Source of the DNA: Monocercomonoides exilis PA203
Taxonomy: Eukaryota > Protista > Preaxostyla
Assembly: GCA_001643675.2 (NCBI GenBank)
Contig: LSRY02000030.1
Coordinates: 868,001 to 932,000 of the forward strand
Length of the DNA: 64,000 nt
Direction: 5' to 3'
Shown here: one piece after another, positions 47,281 to 59,000 of the stretch
Numbering within the stretch: the stretch's first letter is position 1
Layout of the letters: each line of letters begins with the position of its first letter
Position numbers and translations under genes: made by a program
The notes under the pieces: model-generated
Told to the model about the DNA's origin: nothing
Seen by the model: the letters and a program-made list of their open reading frames with translations, nothing else
The model's database searches: none

Positions 47281-47646
47281 AAGCGGACAATGCATTATTT
47301 TATCACTTTATTTTAATGTTATTGTTTTGTATTTTTTCTCGCCCTTTTTTCCACTTCATTTGGGATTGGGCGAAGCTTTCCACTCAAACCACCCATAATT
47401 TATAATAACACTCATTATCTCGGAGCAAATCCTGTCTCACTGCGTTTTTATTAATTTTTCAATTTTTTTCTAAATAAATTTTGAAAAAACTTTAAATAAC
47501 AAAAAAGGATAAACTTTTCTTAAAAAATTATGTTCAATGCTAATGATAAAAATAATCTTCCCATTTATTTGAAAATGCAAAGTCCAAACAAAAATGCTTT
47601 TAAAATTTCGATCTTTTGTTGCTCCAATTCATCTTTAAGGAATTTT

Positions 47647-50600
47647 TTAAAAACTCCGCCCGCTCAAATGGTCAGCTTCAAGACCTGATGCTCTTTCGTC
47701 AAATACTAATTCGTCTTCATCAGATACAATTTCTCCAGTTTCTTCGGAATCATCATCCAGAATGATTGTACCTTTTGGTTTTGCTGATACAATTGGGCTT
47801 TTTGCATCAAATTTATCAATAGAATCTGTTTTGGAAGACTCATAAAATGAAGGAAGGTTCGTACGTTGGTTGAAGCATTCAGAAATATCGAGTGGGTGAT
47901 GCAACTTTCCCAATATCTTTTTCGAGTTTATTGGGGAACTTGAACACTGATATGAAGAAATCGGAGATGTGGTTGTTTCAGAAAGCGATGCTAACGCAAA
48001 GCTGTACGGGAACCTTTGCTGATACGTTCGCGTAATACGGCGGCTTGGCGATTGAGACACATATAGTGAAGGAATGTTGGGTGTGTGACTTGAATTTGAA
48101 GCCAGCATATCAACCGAAAATGATCTCATCTTTCGTTCTGATTTGCTGGATGCCCCTCGCTGAAGCTGCCTGTCTGTTTTATGGAACAGCTTTCGATATC
48201 TTGATGCTGCTGCCTCTTCTGCATCGTAATGCGCTTCTTTCTCTGTTCGACTTTTTGCTTTGAGTTCATTTACACTTTTCTCCTCCTTGCAATCTCCAAA
48301 AGTACTATCTGTATTTCTTTCATTGCCTTCTTTGCTTTCATCCCCTTCAAATTCTTTCTGCCTCTCTTTCTCCTTTCTCATTCTTTCTCTCATGAGAAGC
48401 TTTTGTTCAATAACATCCATCTTCTTCCAGTCATCTTCACTTAGAAGCGATGTACTTGTTGGCAAATGAACAAGAAAAGAAAGCGGAAGTGGTTCTGTTG
48501 GTGATTCTGGTCTGAGTATTTGATTAAATGCTCCTAAATTTGATTTTTGAGAAGCTTCTTCCTCAACTGATGAAGGATTAGATATTAACGAAGTCGATTG
48601 CATTCCGTAACTCTTCTGCTTTTTTGAACGGTTCTTCCTTTCATTTGATCCTTCACAAGCACCTTCTTCTTTTTGTTCCCAGTTGCCTCTGATCTGTCTG
48701 GGTGCTTGCCTTTGCCTTGGATTCTCCTCAGACAACGAACTGCGAAGATGAGAAACTGAACTCTTTGTTGCGTCATATTGCAAACGGATAGGAGACAACG
48801 ATGACTTTGAGCCTGAGCCATTCGAAGACATCTGCGAAGCATAAAATGCCTGCTTTTTTCTTTTCTGGTAGGCCAAAGCACCATCAATCAACTTTTCAAG
48901 ATTTGTTGTATTTCGGAAGGAGCGCAGAACTCTTTGCTGGAGTAACATATTCGAAGATGCTGGTAAGTCGGACTGATCGGGAATCTGTGATGCCATTCCA
49001 TCAGCAAATGAACTTTTATTTGATGACAAATCAAGAGAGGAATGAAGAGATATCGCTGGTGCTCTTTTTGAAGACAAAGATCCCAACTGAGTTGGACTTC
49101 TGACCGGAGGAAGAGCTTGCGAATTAGCAGCATTTTCGATTTTATTAACAGTTTTCTTATTCTTCACGCTCTTTTCTATACTCTCGATCACTTTTTCTGT
49201 ACTTCCCTTAGGCACCTTGAACTGAAACAACCCTTCGCTCCCTTTTCTAATCTCTCCGATTGTAATTCGCAGATCAGCTTCCATTTCCCTGAACATCGCA
49301 TCAGCTTCTGAACCAGCTCCTTCCATCCCTTCGATGTCCAAGCTCTTCCACTTCTGTTCGTCGATTCTCCGCTTCTCCGACTTTTGCGCCGCTTGCGAAG
49401 CAGACTTCTCAATAAACGAGATGATGGCGTGTGTTGTCTTATCCGACAACTCCAGCTGCTTCTCTTCAATCCGCTCGTCTTCCTCCACAAGCTGCTGGAA
49501 CTTGTGCTTCCACTCCGTCTCAGCCTGCGCTGCTTCTGCCTCCCGCCTCTTGTGCAGCCTCTTTTCTCTCTGCTTGATTCTCTGCTGGATCGTCTTCAAA
49601 TCATCATACTCTTTCGGCTGCTTCGACTGTTCTTGAGAGAATTCAGAAGGCTTTTCGCCCCGTTTCTTGGTGTTACCAATTCTTGGCTTTTCTTCTTTTT
49701 TGCTCTCATCATAATCTCCTTCGTCTTGCCATTGCCCTTCTGATCTTTCTGTTGCACTTTCATCTTCTGTCTCCTTCATTTCTATCTCATTTGAATCCCT
49801 TTTTCTGTTCCTCTGGTTAAAACCATCTTCGATAGCACTCTCGTCACAGTTCCAGAACTTATCTGATCTCGGCGTCTTTTCTGTTCCCAAAGGAGAGGAC
49901 AAAGCCGTATTCTCAGTGGATTTTTGTCTGAAAGAATTGCCTGTCTCTCTCAAATCACAAATATCTGTTTCATTTTGTCCATCAATAATCTTTTGTGCAT
50001 CAGTTTCATCAACAATAACATCCAATTCTTCTTCTCTTTCTTCCTCTTCAATCTCTTCTTTGTCCTCTTCTTCTTTTTCTTCATCGGCATCTTCAACAGA
50101 GTTCAATGTCTGCTCCTTTGAATCAAGTTCTGATATCTTCTGCTCATGTTTGGCATTTCGTGTGTTTGGACGTGTTCTTTCTTTGACTCGCTGACTTCTC
50201 AATTGAGACAGACGGCGCATTTCCAGCTGTCGAATAATCTGTTTTTTTATTTTCCCATACATAAAAACACAATTCAAATCAATTCAATCAAAGGCGAATC
50301 ATATCAATCAATTGCACGATGACGATATAATAATTTTGAGAATTGAGTTTCATTAAAAATGATTTCAGAAATAGAAATTATAATCAATGAATATTTCAGG
50401 ATAAAAAAAGACACAAATTAAGATGCAAACCTGCTCCGCATTGTCCCTCACTTTTTCATTGAAATGTTCTGTTTTTGTGTCGACGTTCCATTCGTCCGTT
50501 GCGAACTTCCCCAAGCACTGCCCCCAGATTGACCACAGCGATATCTCCTGTGTTTGTGTCCAGACAAGAATAGACTGCGGAACTGAGACTGGAAGATACG

Positions 50601-53600
50601 AATAGAGCACGCTTCTGTTTGCAGGCACGGGGCAGAAGCGAGAGAGCTCAACAACAGCAGGCTCATCAATCGCATCGTAGTTGAGATAAGACGAAGGAGA
50701 AGTCAAAGAACCAGAAGAAGAAGAAGAAGAAGAAGATTGAATGGATTGATTAGCCTTCGGAGACAGCTGAGATGCCGACTGTGAATTATTCATTGAGCGC
50801 CTCTTTTCTGAGTACTGAATGAAGAGTGTTGCATCATAAACAACAAGATCATTGTTCTCATTCAAACAGACAAGCAAATAGCATCCACCCACTGATGAAA
50901 TAAGAGAGGGATGCAGCATAGAGGAAGTAGGGCTAGTGGAAATGAAGGCATTTGCAGTGTTGGCAGTGCTGACTGATCGAGGAGAACGGGGCGACCGGGG
51001 AGAACGAGGGGAGCGAGAACGTGAGTGAGAGCGAGGGCGTGAACGAGAGCGGAGGGTTGAGCCGAGTGAAGGTGGATACAGCGCAGTCTGCTGGGAAGAC
51101 GATCTTTCTGTGGGCTGAGAAGGGGAAATAGTTCTTTTTGTTGCAATTGAAGTCGATTGAAAAGAAGAAGAGAATGTTGATCTGGGTGTTTGTGAAGCTT
51201 GTGCTTGAAAGGAGGCCTGCTGGTTGGTTGGGAGAAGGAAAGAAGGCTGTCCAGCAGAAGAGAAGAAATTAGAAAAAGGCGATGAAGATCTTCTTTGTGA
51301 CTTGTTTTGCCCACTTTGCGAGGAAAGAGAAGAGGAAAGAACAGACATTGTTTCTGTGAAATCTTCCACTCCTTCAAAAGAGAAGTGAGGAATGTTCTGA
51401 TCACCCAATGAAGCAGGCGACGAACTCAAAGAAGAAGCCATTGAAGCTTTCCATGCTTCCAAATAAGGATGAGGAGTAACACAGCTTGGCGGTGTGGTCA
51501 GCGCTGATATGCTCATAATTGCTGCTTCTGTCGTCTCTTCAGCTGCATTCTGCGATGATCGTGTTGGAAGCTTACTTGTGCTTGTTTTGGATGTGCTTTC
51601 CTGTTGTTGTTGTTGCTGTTGCTGCTGTTTGATTGAGTTTTTGAGGAGAAACGAGTGTTGTGGAAGAGTCTTGTGTGAATGCTGCTGTTGCTGTTGAAGT
51701 TGCTGCTGAAGCTGTTGTGATGTTGAGTTCTGTTCATCTGCCTCAAATTCCTCTTCTTCTGCGCGTGATCTGTCTCTTCTCATCCTCCTGCTCTTCCTCT
51801 TCACCACTTTCGTGCGTGTCTTGATGACCTTCAGCACTTGCATCGATTTCAGATGGATCAACGCAATGTCTCCGCCAGTCAGCAGCACTGCCACAAACAT
51901 CGTCTTGTCAATTGCTGCCACGCTCATCGCCTTCTCTTCCATCTGCTTCCCTTCTGACAGGCCAAAGGTGTCTGCATTCCACACACACAGTGTCTCTAAT
52001 TCACTTGGTGCCACCAGCCGAGTCATCTCAGCAGAATAGGCGACGCTGGCTGTGATGGAAGAGGCAGTGTTTAAGACGCGGATGAGTGACAGGCCTGTTT
52101 TGCGGTCGACACTCCAGACAGACAGCTGAGGGTGAGAAGAGAGAGAAGAAGAGGTGGCAAGAGAGGAAGAAGAAGGGGAAGTAAAAGAAGACAAAGTATT
52201 TGAAAGTGAAGAAGAAGCAGAAGAAGAGCCGTTTGATGGGATAAACACGACAACAGCGTGTGAGCGGGGGATGTAGCAGAGCTGCTCCACGTCTTTGTCT
52301 CCTGCACTCACCACAGATGTTGTCTTCCCTGTTGTGTAATCAGCCAGCCCGACTCTTCCGTCTGCTGTGCCGTATATCACCCCCATCCCCGTGTCAGTCA
52401 CTGCAAGCTTTGTTATCTCCCTCTCGCTGAATGAAGAGTAATACTTGTCTAATTTCCCATCAGCCAGCTTGTATGTCGCCAGGTCGCAGCTCGATGCCAC
52501 AAGGAACGTGCAGAAATGGTCGTTAAAGACGACATCTGCAATGGCTGTGTTTCCCACTCGTCCAACCTCTGCACTCTGCTCTGGATTCACTTGCACAATC
52601 TGTGAGGAGGCCATTGACAGCTGGAGAGTGTCGCTGTTGAAGCAGAAGGAGGTGAACGTCATCGGAGGAGCACCACAGCTCAGCATCGCAGCTTCGCTGC
52701 GCATTCTGAGAGAAATACAACAAAGAAATATATGCATAATTGTAAAAAAAATAAAGAAAGAAAAATTCCGCTTTAAGATGATATTCTAAAATTTGTTCTC
52801 TCATTCCTTCAACATTTCTCCTTTATCTTAGAAAATATTATTAATATTTCTTTCATCACTCTTTTTGTATCCAATCCATTCGCACACAAACGCAAACGCA
52901 ATCACACCTTGAATCCGAATTCGCACTTTCATTCTTTTCCTTTGAGCTAACACTTGCAAATGCTGTTGAAGCAGAAATCGTCTGCAAACAACTGAAAATG
53001 CGCAAGTCCCATACTTTTATAATCCCTCCTGCATCCACAGAAATGAGCAAAGGAGCCGTCTGCAACGCCACCAGATCCAAAATTGAGTATGTGTGTCCAG
53101 TCAGTCGTGTGATAGGCTGCTTGATCAGAGGATTCCACATCATCACATCCCTCTCAAACCCCCCCGAAAACAGCAGATGTGTGTCAACTGAGTACGAAAG
53201 TGCCCTCACCCCCTTTTTGTGCGCGGTGAGTGTGTTCTTCTGTGCCAGCTGTTCCACATCCCAAATCTTCACTGTTGTGTCGAGGGAGGCAGAGGCGAGC
53301 ATAGAAGTGCCTGAGAGAAAACAAAGGGAAGTTACCCAGTCCGAATGGAGGGGAGGCGTGCGGGAGGTGAAATGGGAGGAGAAGGGGGATGAGGAATGAA
53401 AAGCTGATTGGGAAGAGAGGGAACGGGAGTGAATGGTGGAGAGACGAGTGGGAGAAGAAGAGAAAGAGGAGAATGACATGGGAGATGCGGAAGAAGATGA
53501 GAGAGAAGAGGAAGAAGCAGAAGCAGAAGCAGAGGAAGGATAATGTGACTGAAATGAGGAGTGGTCAGTTGAAAGAGCATTGAGGCTGTTTGTCGAAGAT

Positions 53601-55849
53601 GATTGAGTTGTGCTTATTTGGATGAGTGGAGTTGAAGCAATGAATTGAGCGTCCAATGAAATGGAAGTGGGGTGTGTGACATGAGGATGAGATGGAGAAT
53701 ACAACGGAATCTGTTTGAGTGTCTGTGACTGTGTCTGAGAATGATGGAGTGAATTGGTAGAAGCAGAAGATGAGGAGGAAGATAGAGAAGAGGATAATGA
53801 AGAAGAAGAGGAGTAATTCTGTGATGTGGAAAGAAGGCTCTTCTGAAGTGGAGAGAAAGGGAGAGGTGAGGATGAAGTGTTGACTGGAGTGATGGAAGAG
53901 AAATCGGATGAGTTGGAAGCAGATTGAAGTGAATTGGAGACATATGGAGAGAGCGGAAGAGGAGATGACAATGAAATGGAAGAGGAAGAAAAAGAAGAAG
54001 AAGAAGAAGAAGAAGCAATCTTTGAAGAAGGGCTGAAACGAGAATAGTCAGAATTAGTGGAAGAAGGCGAGGTGATGTTTGAGAGAGCATTGGGCGAGGC
54101 AGGAGAGCAGTAAAGAGATGAATGTTGATTGGCAGCAGAAGGAGAAGACAGAATGTGTGGATGTGTGTGAGATGATAAGGAAGGTGATTGCGTTGAAGAG
54201 AAAGGAGAAGGAGAAGGCAATGAAATGAGCGGAGAAGAAGACTGAAGTGAAGCTGGTGAACGAGTTGGCGAAGGGAAATAGGCAGATTCTGAGAGAGGCA
54301 TGGGCGAACGGGCGAGGGAATCTGAAGAAGAGTCGAAATGAGAAACAGAAGGAGAAGGAGAAGAAGATTGAGAAATGATGGGAAGAGGGGTGGTGTGCCC
54401 AGAACGAGGAGAAAGAGATTTGTAGGAGGTTGTTTGTTGGAATGTTGCATCAATCTTTTTGAGCTGGGGGAAATAAAAATAAAATAAAAGAGAAAAGAAG
54501 AGAAGAGAAGAAGAAAAAGAAAGAGGATTGTTGAAATGAATGAAGAAGAAGTAATGAAATTTTCACAATTAGCAATTGAATTAAAAATACAGTTAATTAA
54601 TGACAATATGAAAATGAGGATGAAGATACAAGTTCACACAGCATCAGCGTCAAAGAGATGGATGTTTCCGCACTGCCCTCCCGAAAAGAGGACCGTCTTC
54701 ATCTTCGGCTTCTCCAAAGACGAGCGATAAATTCTGCTGTCTGCTTCAATTCCACTCCTCACCGATGGATCAATCCCTTCCATCATCCCCAATTCCTTTC
54801 CCGTTGCACTCCCATTGCTTGATGCATCTCTCCTCTTTCTCTCTCCGTCTTCGTTCAGCCCAGTTTTCCTGCTTAAATCAGAAGACGAGCGAACAGAGGC
54901 GATTGACGAGGCTAATTTGGAGACGGCACTTGCTTCGTCAAAGTTGGATGAGGAAAAACACATCTGAGCATAAGGAAGCGGAAGCGTCTTCAGCTTTGTG
55001 TGCGCGTTAAGAGACCAAAAGGAAATCGTGCGGTCAACAGAAGCTGTGACTATCGTTTTGCTATTTGAAAGGTACTCTTGAGTTTTTGTATTATAAAAAA
55101 AATATTTAATTTTCATTGGAGAAGTTGGCATTAAAAAAATAAGTCACAAACTCAGGGCAGTTATAGAAGCATCATGCGCTAAGAAAGAATCAGAAAGCGC
55201 CCAGGAAGTGGAATCCCAGTAGTTGACATTTCCATCTCTGTGTCCTGTGATAAAACGTTTTGATTCAGGAACATATATCATGCAATCTGCGTCGCTTCGA
55301 ATGTGTCTGTCAAAAACTCGTGGCATCGTTAAATACTATTAATGCGTTCAAATTATTCATAAATTTTAATTTTTATTTCATTTGATTCATATTTAAAGAA
55401 TGATACATTTGGCAAAGACTGTCCGTTATCTCTGACAACATTCGTTCCACGTGCAACAAGGAATGCAGAAACATCTTTCCAAAAAATCTTTTTTGTGCAA
55501 TCAAGGTCTATTTGATTGAATAGTTCTGCAATCTGAGCAATTGTTGTTGAGTTCAATTCTTCGCTTCCGTCCAGAAGCAATTGATGAATAATTATAATAA
55601 ACTATGCAAAAAAGAAACATTAGAAAATTAAATGAGGTTTTTAACTCTTTGTTTACTAAATGTTTATTAAAGAAAACCTGTGGAAGGTCTACTCCTTTTG
55701 TCCCATGTCTGTCAAATTCCTTTTTAATAATTTCATATTTAATTGGTTCGAGCTTATAAAATCGTGATATAATAGGCTCTATATCATAATAAAGGTATAT
55801 CAATCAGGATAAATTTTAAAATGTAAAAAACACTACCGCTCCAATCCAT
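47647..55849 (-). CDS. Multi-exon EF-hand plus WD40 protein (WDR49/WDR64/EFCAB8-like) with Ser-rich inserts and a long charged C-terminus
   Basis: N-terminal ELFNQIDLDCTKKIFWKDV is EF-hand-like. WD blades include TGHRDGNVNYWD, TASVDRTISFWS, HSDWVTSL..SASLDTTVKIWD, HKKGV..SGGFERDVMMWNP and LTGH..IKVWDLR..CLQTI. About 8 exons are separated by AT-rich GT-AG introns. The first exon and the joining of the last exon are less certain. Confidence 0.75.
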
Positions 55850-56040
55850 GAAATTTTAAAAAGGGTCAATAAAATATTTAGTTGATTTTTTATTGAATTA
55901 ATAATATCAAATTTTAACAAAAGTCACATTTCAAACAAAATTTTTTATTCAACCATTATTCTCAAACTCGAACATACTGAAAGCTTTTCTTTTTCGATCT
56001 CCAGATTTCTGTTTTCTCGCTATTCGTGAGAATTTGAAAC
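55850..56040. promoter_or_regulatory. Short head-to-head intergenic region, probable bidirectional promoter
   Basis: About 190 bp lie between the putative ATG of the minus-strand WD40 gene and ATG 56041. Confidence 0.45.
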
Positions 56041-59000
56041 ATGACTGATGACAATAGATCAATGAGCTCCATGGCGAGCGGAGTTACTGTAGATTTGCGT
56101 CAGGGCGATGCATTTTCGAAATTTGATACAGTTGTGTATTCTTTGCTCTATCCTTTGTACAATCAAACAAAACACCCGCCTACAGAATGGGCTGTATTTT
56201 TATGGATTGTGCAATTACTTCAAATGATCACTTTAAGTTTTTTTCGAATTGATTCTGATGGCAAAACAGTTAACAAGATCTCATACGTTTGTAATTGCTT
56301 TAAAAATTTTTAGAAGCATTCTTCCAATTTTTATTTCTTATTCATTTTTATATAGTATATTTGCTGGCTTGATGGAACATCATTAAGCTTTCTTGCAGAT
56401 AAATATATTGCATTTGTTGTTATTGGAATTTTTGGATATCTTGTACTTCTTATCTCATATGTTCTTATTTGCGCAGTATTTTTTCGATTGATAATTTCAT
56501 CCCAACCGTGGGTAATTTCTGTATTACGGTGGCTTGTTGAATTTACTCTTTCAGTATTATACATACCAATGATATCAATTGCTATAACTTCTTTTGATTG
56601 TTATGAATCGTCACAAAATGTGTTCTTGCATCGAATTTTCGATGGGGCGTGCTTTGGAAGTACTCTTACATTGATTGGAGTTGTATTTGGAATTATATTT
56701 TTGATAGTCGTGTTTTTTTTTCAGTTTTTGGTAAATAATGCGATATTCTCGCATAGTCCAAAACATGGAAACCTTTGGGCATCTCCAAGTGGATTTTCTC
56801 AGGGGATTATGTGGACTTTGATCGATGGTATTGTGTTTGCGATGAGAACATTGCATGGATGGCCTTTCTGGAGAGGAGTTGTGACTGTTGGCACTTCGTT
56901 GGTGATGGTGGTGTATTATGTGTGGAAGCAACCGATGTACAAACTAAGAAGCAATGCGATGAGAGCAAGCGAGTGGATGATATTCGGATGTCTGCGCCTT
57001 TGCGATGAGATCGGTTATGCTGTTGAAAAAGCTACAAATTCGTTCATTCCAACAATTGCATTTCAAGTTGCTGGTTTGATTCTCGGCATCGTTGGTTGCA
57101 TTGTCTGCTACAAAATAGCGCAACGGCTGCAAAAGCGCCGCTTCCTTCTCACTGATTCTGGAAGCCCGATCATTGACATCACCTCCGAAGATCGAACCAG
57201 ACAGCTTCCTCCTCTTAAAAACGCAGCCAAAGTGGAACCTGCCCTTCGTTTCTTGCAGATGCACCGCTATCGCTCGCTGGAGTATTTCATGTATGCAGAT
57301 CTTGTCTTTGGGCAGGCGCTGAAGAAGCACCCGCACGACAGTCAGCTGAGCTTTGTGTATGCAGCCTATCTGAACGACTTCATGAAGAACTGGATGAAGT
57401 CGCAGAGTGTGCTGCGGTCAGCGCGGCTGAGCAATCCAGACTTCTTTCTGCGGTTTGTGCTGTTCTGCAAGACGAAGGAGAGCAACGTGGGCGAAGGCGG
57501 AGGGAGCGGAATAGGGAACGGTGGGCCAGGAGGAATGAGCGAGCTGAATTCACTCACTTTCACTTCTCTCTTTGCAAAGGCAGAGGAGCACCACGAAATG
57601 GCAGTGAGCTCAACGAAGGAGCTGTTTGAGAATTTGACCTCACCACACCCGCAATTCTCGCAAATTCCTGTTATTCTGCAGTCGATTGTGATGAATGAGA
57701 AGCAGTCCCGCACTTGTTACGAGGAGTTAATTGCATCGCATTCACAGAACACGAGTGTGCTGCGAAACTACGCGCGTCTGCTTTTGGACATCTACCACGA
57801 CGAAGATACAGCAGACATGATTCTGAACAGAGCAGATCAGATTGAAGAGGACTCATCAACATCGTCTGGCCCAGCCATCTCAGCTGGAGTGGGTGACCCT
57901 TCAGCATCATTACAAATGGATATGAACGGAGAGGCGGAACAGGGCGCAATGGGGGGATTGGGGATGAGCGGGGCACGTGGAGGGACAGGAGAGGAGACGG
58001 ACGAGAGAACAGGGAAGGAAACAGGAGGAGGAACTGGAGAAAAAGAATTATTTATAAATGATGGGCAGATGCAAAGCACATCTAAATTGGAGAATGTGAA
58101 CTATGAGAATAAGAGGAGGAGGAGAGACGGGACGATCAGTGGAGGGTCCATCGTCACAAATGGGTCAGTTGGCAAAGCAGCAAAGAGGAAGCGGAAGAAA
58201 AAGAAGAAGAAGTCAGACACGATTCTGACAGAGTTGACGGGCGGCGGGCAGAGCAGCTCGTCGACGATGAATGCGATCACAGCGACGCTTGTTTTCTGCC
58301 ATTTTCTAGCGATTATCATCTTCATTGTGGTTGTGGTGACATACGAGTCGATGGCGAGCGAGTACTCGTCTGGTCTGAACATCCTGCGGAAAGTGTGTGA
58401 TCTGACGATGACGATTGGGCAGGTGTCTTCTTCAGCGCTGCAGTACTTTGTGCACGACGTGATCAGACACTGGGTGCCTCCCCCCGCGGACGGGTGGGCG
58501 ACGTCGCTGATGAATGCAGAGATGCTGAAGACGAAGCTGACGACACTCAGCAGCTGGATGGCAGACATGGCGAATCAAGTGTACTCCCTCACCAGCTACG
58601 TGGAGCACTGGGAGACGCGAGACATTGACGTGTATGTGTTCACACTCACGCTGAAGAACGAGACGCAGCCGGACGGTACAGTTGTGGAAGTGGAAGACAG
58701 GAAGACGCAGATCTCGTCGCCGATGACTCTTATGCAGACGCTGACAACGATGAGCAACATGGCGCGCCTTCTGTCTGAAACGACGTTCAATTCGAGACCA
58801 ACATACTACAGCTACTTCAGCGATCTGCTGTTTTTGTTCTTCAACCCCATCATCCCCATCATGGACGGGTGCAGACGAGCAATCACGGCAGACTGGGACA
58901 ATCTGAATGAGAACTGCAACAAGATCATCATTGTGTGTGTGACGATTGTGGTGTTCTTTACGCTGCTGATTGGTGGAGTGCTGCTGTTTATCTACGCAGC

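Larger units (their letters stand above)
41380..47456 (+). mobile_element. Full-length DIRS1-like tyrosine-recombinase retrotransposon (inactive)
   Basis: gag-like, RT/RNaseH/MT-remnant and YR ORFs in order. Imperfect inverted terminal repeats (41413-41460 vs ~47380-47429). Internal complementary region 46702-46800 pairs with both termini. No TSD is evident. Confidence 0.93.

Noticed and set aside
47015-47290. Short ORFs (61-91 aa) in the DIRS 3' region
   Set aside because: They use non-ATG starts and show no motifs; GC-rich stems explain the open frames.
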